Shown: positions 1-10,983, numbered from the stretch's first letter. The stretch is DNA of 32,000 nt from Wigglesworthia glossinidia endosymbiont of Glossina brevipalpis (GCA_000008885.1 BA000021.3:510001-542000); one strand, 5' to 3'. The notes: generated by a model not told the origin, from the letters alone. Program-made: numbers and translations.

Positions 1-923
1 TGGACATATCTTTTTTATCTACAAATGATATCAGTTATATTTTGAGTCCAAAAATAAATGTTGCTGGTAGATTAAAAGATATGCGTATAGGTGTAAAATT
101 ATTATTAACAAATGATATAAAAAAAGCTCGTTTATTAGCAAAAGAACTTAATTTTTTAAACAAAAAAAGACAAATAATTGGGAAAAAAATGGAAAAACAA
201 GCTTTTTTTATATGTACTAAAATACAAAAAAAAACAAATACTACACCTTCAGGGTTTGTCCTTTATCATCAAGATTGGCATGAAGGAATATTAGGGATAA
301 TAGCTTCTAGAATAAAGGAAAGATTTCAAGTTCCAGTAATTATATTTGCTAAATCTAAAAATAATCTACTAAAAGGTTCTATAAGATCTATAGAAGGAAT
401 AAACATAAGATTAATTTTAAAAGAACTAAATAACATGTATCCAGATTTAATAATTTCATTTGGAGGACATTCTGTTGCTGCAGCTTTAGTAATAGAAAGT
501 AGTAAATTGATATATTTTAAAAAAATTTTTTTAAATTTCATTGAAAATAAAAAAATAAATGTTTCATCAAAAAGAATAATATCCTCTGATGGAGAACTAT
601 TTTACGATGATATTTCTATAAAAACAGCTACTTTGTTACTATACTCTTCACCATGGGGAAATAAATTTAATTATCCGATATTTGATGGTAAATTTCGTAT
701 TTTCGATCAGTTATTAATAAACAAAATTCACTTAAAAATAAAAATACAACATATATTAGGAGGAAATATTTTAGATGGAATTTGTTTTAATGTTGATTTA
801 AAATCATGGCCAAACAAAAAAATAAATTTTGTAAAACTAGCATATACTCTAAGAGTTTATAAAAAAAACAAAATTCCAATACTACAAATAATAATAATTC
901 ATTTATTTCCAATAATGCCTTGA
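1..923 (+). CDS. recJ: single-stranded-DNA-specific exonuclease RecJ, C-terminal part (5' end lies upstream of the window)
   Basis: The frame is open from nt 3 to TGA at 921-923. PKINVAGRLKDM, HQDWHEGILGIIASRIKERF and FGGHSVAAA align with E. coli RecJ LNAAGRLDDM, HPEWHQGVVGILASRIKERF and FGGHAMAAG. The TTG at 42 used by the ORF track is internal. The recJ-prfB-lysS order matches E. coli. Confidence 0.9.
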   Translation, partial: DISFLSTNDISYILSPKINVAGRLKDMRIGVKLLLTNDIKKARLLAKELNFLNKKRQIIGKKMEKQAFFICTKIQKKTNTTPSGFVLYHQDWHEGILGIIASRIKERFQVPVIIFAKSKNNLLKGSIRSIEGINIRLILKELNNMYPDLIISFGGHSVAAALVIESSKLIYFKKIFLNFIENKKINVSSKRIISSDGELFYDDISIKTATLLLYSSPWGNKFNYPIFDGKFRIFDQLLINKIHLKIKIQHILGGNILDGICFNVDLKSWPNKKINFVKLAYTLRVYKKNKIPILQIIIIHLFPIMP

Positions 924-1002
924 AAATATTACAATAAGTATATTAGAATATTTAACTATAAACAGTATTTATAAATTTAATAAATTAATAATTTAATAAA
1001 AA

Positions 1003-2092
1003 ATGTTAGATTCTTATTATATAAAACTAAAAATTTCGTCTTTTTTAAGACGTATAAAATATTTAACTGATTTTCTTTAACTCGAATAAAAAAATAAAAA
1101 ATTCTACAGAAATAGATAAATGTAAATTTGTATATTTAGAAAAGAAAAATTTACCACTAAATGAATATAAAACAAAATTTTATAATAAAAAAAATATTAT
1201 AAATGAAATTAAATTTTTACACGAACAAGTAAAAGAAATTAATATTCTTTTTGATTTGTCTTTAGAAGAAAATGATTCAAAATCTTTGCTTGAAGTTAAT
1301 AATGAAATAATTTTATTGAATAAAAGAATGAAAAAAATAGAACTTATGTGCTATTTTTTTGAAAAAAATGATCGTTGTAATTGTTATATGGATATACAGC
1401 CAGGATCTGGAGGAATAGATGCCCAAGATTGGGCTTCAATATTATTAAGGATGTATTTAAAATGGGCAGATCGTAATAATTTTAAAACCGATATTATTTA
1501 TAAGTCAAGTTCTGAAATAGCTGGTATAAAATCAGCTACAGTTAAATTTTTAGGATCTTATGCATACGGATGGTTAAAAAAAGAAACTGGAATACATAGA
1601 TTAGTAAGAAAAAGTCCATTTGACTCTAACGGGAAAAGACATACTTCTTTTTGTTCAATATTTGTATATCCAGATATAAATGATAAAATTGAAATTAAAA
1701 TAAATTTATCAGATCTTAGAATTGATGTATATAGATCTTCTGGAGCAGGAGGTCAACATGTAAATAGGACAGAGTCTGCTGTTAGAATAACACATTTGCC
1801 TACTAAAATAACCACACAGTGTCAAAGCGATAGATCTCAACACAAAAATAAAGAAAAGGCTATTAATCAGCTTAAATCGAAACTATATGAATTTGAGTTA
1901 AGAAAAAAAAATAAAGATAAAAAAATCATAGAAAAATCCAAATCAAAAATTGCTTGGGGGAATCAAATTAGATCATATATATTTGATAATTCTATAGTAA
2001 AAGATTTAAGAACTGGAATTGAATCGAAAAAGATTCAGTCTATTTTAGACGGGGATTTAAATATTTTTCTTAACAAGAATTTTAACATATAA
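1003..2092 (+). CDS. prfB: peptide chain release factor 2, made by programmed +1 frameshift (ORF0 1003-1077, ORF1 1079-2092)
   Basis: The 278-aa ORF carries the RF2 motifs SPF (RKSPFD) and GGQ ([18 protein letters not shown]). Its frame is open back to 1067 but has no ATG or GTG. A 25-codon ORF starting at ATG 1003 ends CTT TAA C at 1075-1081. This is the same length and position as the E. coli RF2 leader ending CUU UGA C. Shifting +1 at CTT joins the two frames. Confidence 0.9.
1072..1082 (+). promoter_or_regulatory. RF2 +1 recoding site TTT CTT TAA CT (slippery CUU followed by an in-frame UAA stop)
   Basis: Read directly: ...act gat ttt ctt taa ctc.... Frame 0 stops at 1078-1080, and the +1 frame from 1079 is continuous with the RF2 body. 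No AGGGGG-like Shine-Dalgarno element lies upstream. Confidence 0.75.
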
Positions 2093-2170
2093 AAATTTAA
2101 AATTTTATATTTTAAAAAATACAAATAATATATTTTAATTAAAATTAATAAATTTAATCAATTAATCAAA

Positions 2171-3652
2171 ATGAAAAACAAAAAAGAAATTTACTATCGT
2201 AAAAAAAAATTAGAAGAAATGAGGAAAAATGAAAATATATTTCCTAATAATTTTCGTCAAAATACTACTATAAAAAATATAAAAAAAAATTATAAAAAAA
2301 ATGATAAAGAATATTTTAAAAACAATAAAATAATAATTAGTATTGCTGGAAGAATAATATCTATCAGAGTAATGGGAAAATCTTCTTTCTTAGAAATTAG
2401 AAACATAGAATCTAAAATACAAATATATATTTCAGAAAATAATATATCAAAAAATAAATATAAAAAAATAATAAAACAATTAGATATAGGAGATATAATT
2501 GGAGTTTTAGGTGTTTTATTTAAAACAAACACTGAAGAACTATCTGTAAAATGCAAAAAACTATATGTATTAACTAAATCCGTTAAACCTTTCCCAAATA
2601 AATTCCAAGGATTATTAAATCAAGAAATATGTTATAGAAAAAGATATTTGGATTTAATTACAAATAAAAAATCAAGAAATACATTTAAAACTAGATCAAT
2701 TATTATAAATAATATAAGAAAATTTATGATAAAAGAAAATTTTGTAGAAGTAGAAACTCCTATGATGCATAATATACCAGGAGGAGGTTTATCTAAACCA
2801 TTTATTACTCATCACAGCTCTTTAAATATTGATTTATATTTAAGAATTGCTCCTGAGTTGTATTTAAAACAGTTGATTGTTGGAGGATTCGAAAAAATAT
2901 TTGAAATTAATAGAAATTTTAGAAATGAAGGATTATCGTCTAATCATAATCCAGAATTTACTATGATGGAGTTTTATGTTGCATATATTGATTATGAAGA
3001 TTTAATGAAAATAGTAGAAAATTTATTAAATTATATTGTTGATAAAATTTTTAATAAAAACAAAATAAATTATAATAATTTTATGATAAATTTTGAAAAA
3101 CCTTTTAAAAAAATTAGCATGCAGGACTCTATTTGCGAATATTGTAAAAATGTAACACAATCAGATATTTCTGACATTAAAATTATCACTGATATAGCTA
3201 AATCTTTTAATATTACGGTCGAAAAAAATTGGGGAGTGGGAAAATTGCAAGAAAAAATTTTTTCAGAAAAAGTAGAAAAAAATTTAATTCAACCAACTTT
3301 TGTTATAGATTATCCAACAGAGATTTCACCACTGGCTCGTGCAAAAAAAAATAATAAACTTATAACGGATAGATTTGAATTATTTGTATGTGGTAATGAA
3401 ATTGGAAATGGATTTTCAGAATTGAATGATCCAAAAGAACAAAAAAATAGATTTTTAGAACAGTTAAAAAATAAAACCTTAGAAGAACAAAACATTTTCT
3501 ATGACAAAGATTATATAACATCTTTAGAGTATGGATTACCTCCTACAGCTGGATGTGGTATTGGAATTGACAGATTAGTTATGATATTAACTAATAATTA
3601 CAGCATTAAAGACGTAATACTTTTCCCAACATTACGTAATGCTAATAAATAA
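2171..3652 (+). CDS. lysS: lysine--tRNA ligase (class II)
   Basis: The 493-aa ORF has an N-terminal OB-fold region and class II motifs (FRNEGLS, ELFVCGNEIGNGFSELNDP, GLPPTAGCGIGIDRLVM). It is near full length relative to E. coli LysS and follows prfB as in E. coli. Confidence 0.95.
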   Translation: MKNKKEIYYRKKKLEEMRKNENIFPNNFRQNTTIKNIKKNYKKNDKEYFKNNKIIISIAGRIISIRVMGKSSFLEIRNIESKIQIYISENNISKNKYKKIIKQLDIGDIIGVLGVLFKTNTEELSVKCKKLYVLTKSVKPFPNKFQGLLNQEICYRKRYLDLITNKKSRNTFKTRSIIINNIRKFMIKENFVEVETPMMHNIPGGGLSKPFITHHSSLNIDLYLRIAPELYLKQLIVGGFEKIFEINRNFRNEGLSSNHNPEFTMMEFYVAYIDYEDLMKIVENLLNYIVDKIFNKNKINYNNFMINFEKPFKKISMQDSICEYCKNVTQSDISDIKIITDIAKSFNITVEKNWGVGKLQEKIFSEKVEKNLIQPTFVIDYPTEISPLARAKKNNKLITDRFELFVCGNEIGNGFSELNDPKEQKNRFLEQLKNKTLEEQNIFYDKDYITSLEYGLPPTAGCGIGIDRLVMILTNNYSIKDVILFPTLRNANK

Positions 3653-3657
3653 AAAAT

Positions 3658-4251
3658 TTAGTTAATCAAAAAATAATTTTTTACGCCTTCAAATATCATT
3701 TGTACAGATATCATTATTAAAATTAAACCCATTAGTCTTTCTATTTCATTAGATCTTTTTTCATTAAAAAAATTAGAAATTATAGTTGAAAATAAAAAAA
3801 TTATTAAAGAAAAAGTCCATGCTATTATTAAAGATAATAATATTTCATAAGATTTATTGACATTTTTATCAGATAAAAATATCAAAGTTGAAAAAACCCC
3901 TGGCCCTGCTAGCAATGGAATTGCAATTGGAACTATAAATGGCGCTTTCTTTTCTTTTTTAATAACATTATTCTCATTTTCTTTAAAAATCATTTTAATA
4001 GACATCAAAAATAAAATGATTCCTCCAGAAATAGAAATTATTTCCATTTTTATATTAAATATAAATAATACTTTTTCTCCATAAAATAAAAATATAATCA
4101 TTAAAATTAATGCAATTAACATTTCTCTTAATATTATAAGACGTTTTTTTTTAGCTTCAAAAGAAGACAACATGGATAAAATAACAGGCAAATTTCCTAG
4201 TGGGTCTATTATAAAAAATAATAAAATTATATTTGATAAATATTTGTCCAT
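3658..4251 (-). CDS. yhgN: MarC-family (UPF0056) inner membrane protein
   Basis: The 197-aa polytopic membrane ORF aligns with E. coli YhgN: DPLGNLP, ISISGGIILFL, PFIVPIAIPLLAGPG and ERLMGLILIMISVQM. It is divergent from asd, as in E. coli. Confidence 0.8.
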   Translation of the reverse strand: MDKYLSNIILLFFIIDPLGNLPVILSMLSSFEAKKKRLIILREMLIALILMIIFLFYGEKVLFIFNIKMEIISISGGIILFLMSIKMIFKENENNVIKKEKKAPFIVPIAIPLLAGPGVFSTLIFLSDKNVNKSYEILLSLIIAWTFSLIIFLFSTIISNFFNEKRSNEIERLMGLILIMISVQMIFEGVKNYFLIN

Positions 4252-4372
4252 AAAAATTCTCCATTTTTTAAACTAATTTTATATAATACTTTAATCGTAT
4301 TAAAATAAATAATATTAAATATAAAATTTAAAAAAAATTTATTTATATTAAAATTAGCTAGAGAAATTTATA

Positions 4373-5476
4373 ATGAAATACGTAGGATTTGTAGGATGGA
4401 GAGGATTGGTAGGATCTGTTCTGATTAATAGAATGCAAGAAAAAAATAATTTTTGCAAAATTCATCCTATTTTCTTTTCTACTTCGCAATATGGTAAATA
4501 TGTACCTATCATAAAAAATAAAATTAATTTTATTTATAATGCATTTGATTTAGACATTTTAATTGAATTAGATATTATTATTAGTTGCCAAGGAAATGAT
4601 TATACTAAAATAATACATAAAAAATTAAGAGATTTAAATTGGAATGGATATTGGATCGATTCTGCTTCCTTTTTAAGGATGAAATCTGACTCTTGTATAG
4701 CATTAGATCCAATTAATCGCAAATTGATATTGAAAAAAATTTCTCAAGGTTGTAAAAATTTTATAGGTGGAAATTGTTCTGTTAATTTAATGTTAATTTC
4801 ATTAGGAAGATTATTTTATGAAGATTTAATAGAATGGATATCTGTATCTACATATCAAGCTGCTACTGGTGCAGGATCAAAATACGTGCGCAAGTTATTA
4901 TTTCAAATTAATAAAATTCATTTTCATATAAAAAATGAATTAAAAGATTTAAATTTTAATGTATTGCAGGTAGAAAAAAAAATATTTTCTTTTTCTCAAA
5001 AAAAAAAATATCTTGAATTTGATCCTTTTGTATTTGCGTATAATATAATCCCATGGATTGGTAGTAAAATAAAAAATTCTTCTCAAAGTTCAGAAGAAAA
5101 AAAATATCAACAAGAAGTAAATAAAATTCTTAATTTAGAAAAAATAATTCCAATTGACAGTACGTGTGTTAGAGTTGGATCATTAAGATCTCATAGTCAA
5201 TTATTTACAATAAAGTTAAAAAAAAATATTTCTTTAAAAGAAATAAAAAGAATTTTATGTGAAAATAATATTTGGGTTAAAATCATTCCTAATGATCCAT
5301 TTTTAACAATGAAAAATCTTACTCCTATGAAAGTATCTGGATCATTAAATATATTGATTGGACGGATAAGAAAATTAAATATAGGAAAAAAATATTTGTC
5401 TATATTTTCTATAGGAGATCAATTAATATGGGGGGCAGCAGAACCTTTACGTTTGATTTTACTTGAATTAATATAA
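4373..5476 (+). CDS. asd: aspartate-semialdehyde dehydrogenase
   Basis: The ORF is 367 aa, the same as E. coli Asd. It has the N-terminal GFVGWRGLVGSV Rossmann motif, the active-site GGNCSV, and SLRSHSQ. Confidence 0.95.
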   Translation: MKYVGFVGWRGLVGSVLINRMQEKNNFCKIHPIFFSTSQYGKYVPIIKNKINFIYNAFDLDILIELDIIISCQGNDYTKIIHKKLRDLNWNGYWIDSASFLRMKSDSCIALDPINRKLILKKISQGCKNFIGGNCSVNLMLISLGRLFYEDLIEWISVSTYQAATGAGSKYVRKLLFQINKIHFHIKNELKDLNFNVLQVEKKIFSFSQKKKYLEFDPFVFAYNIIPWIGSKIKNSSQSSEEKKYQQEVNKILNLEKIIPIDSTCVRVGSLRSHSQLFTIKLKKNISLKEIKRILCENNIWVKIIPNDPFLTMKNLTPMKVSGSLNILIGRIRKLNIGKKYLSIFSIGDQLIWGAAEPLRLILLELI

Positions 5477-5503
5477 ATTTTATTATAATTATAATTTGTT
5501 ATT

Positions 5504-6184
5504 TTAATTTTTAATATGGATTATGTAGTTTGTATCTACACACTTAGATAAATAAAATTTTTTTAAAATTGGATTGTAACATAATCCAATAATATCTTTT
5601 TCTTTTAAAGAAGTATTGTCTATTAAATCTAATAATTCGGAAGGAGTGATAAATTTGGAAAAATCATGAGTTTTTTTTGGTATTATTTTTAGTATGTATT
5701 CTGCTAAAATTATAGAATAAAAAAAAGATTTTGCTGTACGATTAATTGTTGAAAAAAAAATATCACCTTTATCTTTTATAAGATGAGAGCATGAATTGAT
5801 AATATCTTTAGGATATTCAACATGTTCTAGAACCTCCATGCAAGTTATTATATCATAAAATTTTTTATATTTTTTTAAATGAGTTTTGGCGTCTTCGTGA
5901 ATATAAGATACTTTTATTTTATTTTTTTTAGCATGATATTTAGCGTGATGTATCATTTTTTTACTAGTATCTATCCCTGTTACCATACCCCCTTCTTTTG
6001 ATAGTCCTTCTGAAAGTATGCCAGCTCCACATCCTATATCTAATATTTTTTTTCCAAATATTCCTTGTGATCTTAAAGAGATATATTTAATCCTAACAGG
6101 GTTCATTTTATGTAAAAACTTAGACGATCCATCTAAATCCCACCATGAATTGGCCATTTTATCAAATTTATTTTTTTTATTCAT
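5504..6184 (-). CDS. ubiG: bifunctional ubiquinone biosynthesis O-methyltransferase
   Basis: The 226-aa ORF has WWDLDG, the SAM-binding LDIGCGAGILSE, CMEVLEHV and FFSTINRT, which align with E. coli UbiG. It is divergent from gyrA, as in E. coli. Confidence 0.9.
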   Translation of the reverse strand: MNKKNKFDKMANSWWDLDGSSKFLHKMNPVRIKYISLRSQGIFGKKILDIGCGAGILSEGLSKEGGMVTGIDTSKKMIHHAKYHAKKNKIKVSYIHEDAKTHLKKYKKFYDIITCMEVLEHVEYPKDIINSCSHLIKDKGDIFFSTINRTAKSFFYSIILAEYILKIIPKKTHDFSKFITPSELLDLIDNTSLKEKDIIGLCYNPILKKFYLSKCVDTNYIIHIKN

Positions 6185-6366
6185 ATTTTATTCTATTGAT
6201 AATTATAAATTATTTAAAATACAACAAAATAAACATTTTATGTAAAATATTTTTATAAATTTTATTAAATTTGTATGTAGTATATAAATAAATAAAAAAA
6301 TGTTATAATTCAAATTATAATTTATTTTTTTATATTTTAATATTTAAAATTAAAAGAGATTTATAT

Positions 6367-8910
6367 ATGAATGTAATTAAAAATAAAATAATAAAGATAA
6401 ATATTGAAGAAGAATTAAAACGTTCTTATTTAGATTACGCAATGTCTGTGATAATTGGAAGAGCTTTGCCAGATGTTAGAGATGGATTAAAACCTGTTCA
6501 TCGTAGAATATTATTTGCTATGAAAAAAATGGGTAATGATTGGAATAAATCATATAAAAAATCAGCAAGAATCGTTGGAAATGTAATAGGAAAATATCAT
6601 CCACACGGGGATTCAGCAGTATATGATGCGATAGTAAGAATGGCTCAAAATTTTTCACTAAGATACAAATTGATAGATGGCCAAGGAAACTTTGGATCAG
6701 TTGATGGAGATTCAGCTGCTGCAATGAGATATACAGAAGTCAGATTATCCAAAATTTCTCATGAAATTTTAAAAGATTTAGAAAAAGATACAGTAAATTA
6801 TGTTTCTAATTATGATGATACAGAATATATTCCAGAAGTAATGCCAACTAAAATTCCAAATTTATTGTTAAACGGATCTTCTGGGATTGCTGTTGGAATG
6901 GCTACTAATATACCTCCGCATAATATTGGAGAGATAATCAATGCATGTTTGGCTTATTTAGACAATAAAAATATTTGTGTTAAAGATTTAATGAAACATT
7001 TGCCTGGTCCAGATTTTCCTACATCAGGAATTATTTATGGAATTAAAGGCATTGAAGATGCATATTCTACCGGTAGAGGAAAAATATATATACGCGCTAA
7101 TTCTAAAATAATATCAGATAATAAAACAAAAAGAGAATCAATTATTATTAAAGAAATACCATACCAAGTAAATAAAGTTCGTTTAATAGAAAAAATAGCT
7201 GATTTAGTAAAAGAAAAAAAAATAGATGGAATTAGCTCATTGAGAGATGAATCAGATAGAGATGGTATGAGAATTGTAGTTGAAATAAAAAGAGATCATA
7301 TAGGAGAAATAGTTTTAAATAATTTATATTCTATGACACAATTGCAAATATCTTTTGGAATAAATATGGTTGCTTTATGTTATGGACAACCTAAAACTTT
7401 ATCTTTAAAAAAGATTTTATCATATTTTTTATATCATCGTAGAGTAATAATAACTCGTAAGACTAATTTCGAATTAAAAAAAATTTATTATAGATTAAAC
7501 ATGTTAGAATCTTTTTTTATTGCATTATTCAATATAGATATAGTTATTTCATTAATAAAAAATTCAAATTCAATAGAAGAAGCTCAATTAAAATTAGTTT
7601 CTAATGAATGGGATATAAATAATATTTATTCAGTATTAAATAATAAAAAATTAATACATTTTTTTAGTAAAAAACAAAAAATAAATTCTAATTCTAATAA
7701 AAAAAACAAATATTTTATGTCTAAAAAACAAGCTAAAGCAATTTTAGATTTAAGATTAAACAAATTGATGAAATTAGAAAATAAAAAATTGATATTAGAA
7801 TATAAAGATTTGGTAAATAAATCATATAAATTAAATAAAATATTGAAATATCCAGATGAATTAACTAATTCAATAAAAAAAGAACTTTTGATATTAAAAC
7901 AAGAATATAATGATAAAAGGCGCACAAAAATAATAAAAAAACCAGTAAATATTAATATAGAAGATTTAATAAATCAAAAAGACGTCATAGTTACTTTATC
8001 TCATCAAGGATATGTAAAATATCAACCGTTAAAAGATTACGAAGCTCAACATAGAGGAGGAAAAGGAAAGTCAGCTGCAAGTATAAAAGAAAAAGATTTT
8101 ATTGAAAGATTTTTAGTTGCTAATACTCACGACAGCATATTGCTATTTTCTAGTAAAGGAAGAGTATACTGGATGAAGATTTTTCAATTACCTGAAAATA
8201 GCAGAGGGTCTATAGGAAAACCAATAATTAATCTTTTGCCATTAGAATCAAAGGAATATATTACAGCTATTCTTCCTTTTAGAAAATATGAAAAAAAACT
8301 TTATGTTTTTATGGCAACTGCTAGTGGAATTGTAAAGAAAACTGCATTACATGAATTTAGCAGACCTAGAAGTTCTGGAATTATAGCAGTTAATTTAAAT
8401 TCAGGAGATAAATTAATTGGGGCTGATTTAACAGATGGAAGCCAAGAAGCGATGTTGTTTTCTGAATATGGAAAAGTAGTTAGATTCCCTGAAAATCAAG
8501 TAAGGAATATGGGCCGTGCTGCAAGCGGAGTAAAAGGAATCAGTTTAATTCCAGGAGATAGAGTAGTTTCTTTAATTATACCTAAAAATAACAGTCCAAT
8601 ATTAACCGTTACTCAGTATGGATATGGAAAGCGAACTGTGCAATCAGAATATCCAACAAAATCTAGAGCTATTCAAGGAGTAATTTCTATTAAAGTTAGC
8701 AAAAGAAACGGAAAAGTAGTAGGAGCCGTTCAAGTAAATGATTATGATCAAATAATGATTATAACAGATTCTGGAACTTTAGTAAGAATTAGAGTTTCCG
8801 AAGTTAGCATTGTTGGAAGAAATACTCATGGAGTAAGATTAATACGAATTTCTAATAATAACAATGTAGTTGGACTTCAAAGAGTAGTAGAAAAAATAGA
8901 AAATTTATAA
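6367..8910 (+). CDS. gyrA: DNA gyrase subunit A
   Basis: The 847-aa ORF has the [14 protein letters not shown], the catalytic AAMRYTE tyrosine, the GyrA box QHRGGKGK, and C-terminal beta-pinwheel repeats. Confidence 0.97.
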   Translation: MNVIKNKIIKINIEEELKRSYLDYAMSVIIGRALPDVRDGLKPVHRRILFAMKKMGNDWNKSYKKSARIVGNVIGKYHPHGDSAVYDAIVRMAQNFSLRYKLIDGQGNFGSVDGDSAAAMRYTEVRLSKISHEILKDLEKDTVNYVSNYDDTEYIPEVMPTKIPNLLLNGSSGIAVGMATNIPPHNIGEIINACLAYLDNKNICVKDLMKHLPGPDFPTSGIIYGIKGIEDAYSTGRGKIYIRANSKIISDNKTKRESIIIKEIPYQVNKVRLIEKIADLVKEKKIDGISSLRDESDRDGMRIVVEIKRDHIGEIVLNNLYSMTQLQISFGINMVALCYGQPKTLSLKKILSYFLYHRRVIITRKTNFELKKIYYRLNMLESFFIALFNIDIVISLIKNSNSIEEAQLKLVSNEWDINNIYSVLNNKKLIHFFSKKQKINSNSNKKNKYFMSKKQAKAILDLRLNKLMKLENKKLILEYKDLVNKSYKLNKILKYPDELTNSIKKELLILKQEYNDKRRTKIIKKPVNINIEDLINQKDVIVTLSHQGYVKYQPLKDYEAQHRGGKGKSAASIKEKDFIERFLVANTHDSILLFSSKGRVYWMKIFQLPENSRGSIGKPIINLLPLESKEYITAILPFRKYEKKLYVFMATASGIVKKTALHEFSRPRSSGIIAVNLNSGDKLIGADLTDGSQEAMLFSEYGKVVRFPENQVRNMGRAASGVKGISLIPGDRVVSLIIPKNNSPILTVTQYGYGKRTVQSEYPTKSRAIQGVISIKVSKRNGKVVGAVQVNDYDQIMIITDSGTLVRIRVSEVSIVGRNTHGVRLIRISNNNNVVGLQRVVEKIENL

Positions 8911-8938
8911 AAATTTTAAAAATTATTTATTTTAAAAT

Positions 8939-8963
8939 AATTAATTTTTTAAAAAAATTAATT
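8939..8963. repeat. 25-bp palindrome (12-bp arms, 1-nt centre) at the convergent gyrA/lnt junction, overlapping the lnt stop codon
   Basis: aattaatttttt-a-aaaaaattaatt was verified by position. It is a possible bidirectional terminator. Confidence 0.4.
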
Positions 8964-10440
8964 TTATTTTTATAAAAAAAGAAATAATAAAACATATAAT
9001 AGAAAAAAAAAGCAAAGGAATATTTCCAAATTTAACGTAAGGAGTAACGCCCATAGTTGAAAATACTTCTTCTAACAAAAAATCATTTACAAATTGTGGT
9101 AATTTAGATTTTAATTCTCCATTTGGACCTATTATGGCAGTTATTCCATTGTTGCTTGCCCTTAATAAATTTTTTCCTGTTTCTAAAGCTCTCATTCTTG
9201 CCATATTAAAATGTTGCCATGGACCAATTGAATCACCGAACCAAGAATCGTTTGATATAGTAAGTAAAAAATCTGTATTTATTTTTACATTTTTTCTTAT
9301 TCTATCTCCAAATATTATTTCATAACAAATAGAAGGAACGATATTAAAATCAAATATTTTTAATTGATTTTGAAAAAAATCTCCTTTTTTTAAATCAATT
9401 AAAGATAATCCTAATTTATTAAAAATAGGATTTAAAATACTTTTAAGAGGCAATTTTTCTCCAAATGGAACTAAATTGTATTTATAATATTTGTTTTTTG
9501 AATTATCTAAGTAAGGAGAATTTCCTCCTAAAGTTATTATGCTATTATAATAATTTGATTTTTTTAAACTAATAATTCCTGTAATTAAATAAGACTTTTT
9601 CAATTTAAGTTCTTTATCTATTTTTAATAAAAAATTTCTGCATGAAATTTCATCACAAGGAATTGCAGATTCTGGCCAAATAATAATATTTGATGAATTA
9701 ATAATTTTTTTGGTTATTTTCAAATATTGTTCCAAATTTTTTTGTATTTGATTGTTATCAATGTATGTGTGTTGAGAAATATTTCCTTGAATTAAAGCAA
9801 TTTTTGTTGATTTTTCTTTAACAGAATACCATTTAAAAAAATTTAATGGATACGTTAAAGTTATAATAAATATTATAAATATGATCGGATAATATGATTT
9901 TTTATAAAATGATAAAACACACATTCCGCTAATAATTATTAGAATATAAGAAATTCCAGATACTCCTATAATAGGAGCTAATCCTTTTAATGGGCCATTT
10001 ATTTGGCTATACCCAATTTCTAACCAAGGAAAACCTGTAAGAATTTTACTTCTTAATATTTCAGAAATCATCCATGCTGAAGGAGCTCCGACGCAAAAAA
10101 GAAAAAAATTAATTTTTGGGAAAAAAAATTTTGTTAATATTACAAATATTGTAGGATATAATGATAAATAAGACGATAATAATAAAATTATTATAATGCT
10201 AAAAAATAAATTTATTCCAAAAAATTTATTAATGCTAATATAAATCCAATATATTTCATTAAAAAAATTACCTATACCCCATAAAAATCCTAACTTGGCT
10301 GAATTTATTAAATTTTTGCAATTTGTTGTAATTATTAATAATCCAAATATAGATATTATGCTAGCTGGCCAAAAATTATAAGGAGAAAACGAAATTACAT
10401 TTAAAGATCCGAAAAATAATGCAGTAAAAATTTTTATCAT
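8941..10440 (-). CDS. lnt: apolipoprotein N-acyltransferase
   Basis: The 499-aa ORF has an N-terminal polytopic membrane region plus a nitrilase-type domain. The catalytic Glu/Lys/Cys contexts are present (IIIWPESAIP, KYNLVPFGE, PSICYE). Confidence 0.9.
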   Translation of the reverse strand: MIKIFTALFFGSLNVISFSPYNFWPASIISIFGLLIITTNCKNLINSAKLGFLWGIGNFFNEIYWIYISINKFFGINLFFSIIIILLLSSYLSLYPTIFVILTKFFFPKINFFLFCVGAPSAWMISEILRSKILTGFPWLEIGYSQINGPLKGLAPIIGVSGISYILIIISGMCVLSFYKKSYYPIIFIIFIITLTYPLNFFKWYSVKEKSTKIALIQGNISQHTYIDNNQIQKNLEQYLKITKKIINSSNIIIWPESAIPCDEISCRNFLLKIDKELKLKKSYLITGIISLKKSNYYNSIITLGGNSPYLDNSKNKYYKYNLVPFGEKLPLKSILNPIFNKLGLSLIDLKKGDFFQNQLKIFDFNIVPSICYEIIFGDRIRKNVKINTDFLLTISNDSWFGDSIGPWQHFNMARMRALETGKNLLRASNNGITAIIGPNGELKSKLPQFVNDFLLEEVFSTMGVTPYVKFGNIPLLFFSIICFIISFFIKIKLIFLKN

Positions 10441-10510
10441 ATACTTCTATATTAGAAAATTAATATTATTAATATAATATTTTATTTTTAATAAATTTTA
10501 TTTATTAAAA

Positions 10511-10969
10511 TTAAAAATATGGATTATGATATCCAAATAAATTTAAAAATTTTATTTCTAAAATTTCCATTTCTTCTATTTTATTTGAATTATTGGAATG
10601 ATCATATCCTAATAAATGAAGAGTTCCATGTATTATTATATGAGCCCAATGAGATTCTACGGATTTATTTTGATTTTTTGCTTCTTTTTCAACTATTTCG
10701 CTACAAACTACTAAATCTCCTAAAAAAGAAATTTGATCATTATTTGGCATAATACATGGAAAAGCTAATATGTTGGTAGGATAATTCTTTTTTAAGAATT
10801 TTTTATTAAGGTTTTTAATTTCTTTTTTTTCCACTAATCTTAAATTAATTTCCGATACTTTTTTAAAATGCAAAAATATACTTTTTATCCAAAATTTAAA
10901 TTTATCTATAGAAGGAGTTTGTTTATATAAACAGCATTCTATTTGTATATTCAGAAAGTTATCATTCAT
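10511..10969 (-). CDS. ybeY: rRNA maturation endoribonuclease YbeY
   Basis: The 152-aa ORF has the zinc-binding motif HGTLHLLGYDH. Its length matches E. coli YbeY (about 155 aa). Confidence 0.9.
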   Translation of the reverse strand: MNDNFLNIQIECCLYKQTPSIDKFKFWIKSIFLHFKKVSEINLRLVEKKEIKNLNKKFLKKNYPTNILAFPCIMPNNDQISFLGDLVVCSEIVEKEAKNQNKSVESHWAHIIIHGTLHLLGYDHSNNSNKIEEMEILEIKFLNLFGYHNPYF

Positions 10970-10983
10970 TTTTATAAAAAATA

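Noticed and set aside
1256-1258. TTG at 1256 as the prfB start (as implied by the ORF track)
   Set aside because: The frame is open and RF2-like back to 1079. A 25-codon leader ending CTT TAA C sits exactly where the conserved RF2 frameshift occurs, so starting at 1256 would delete about 85 N-terminal residues.
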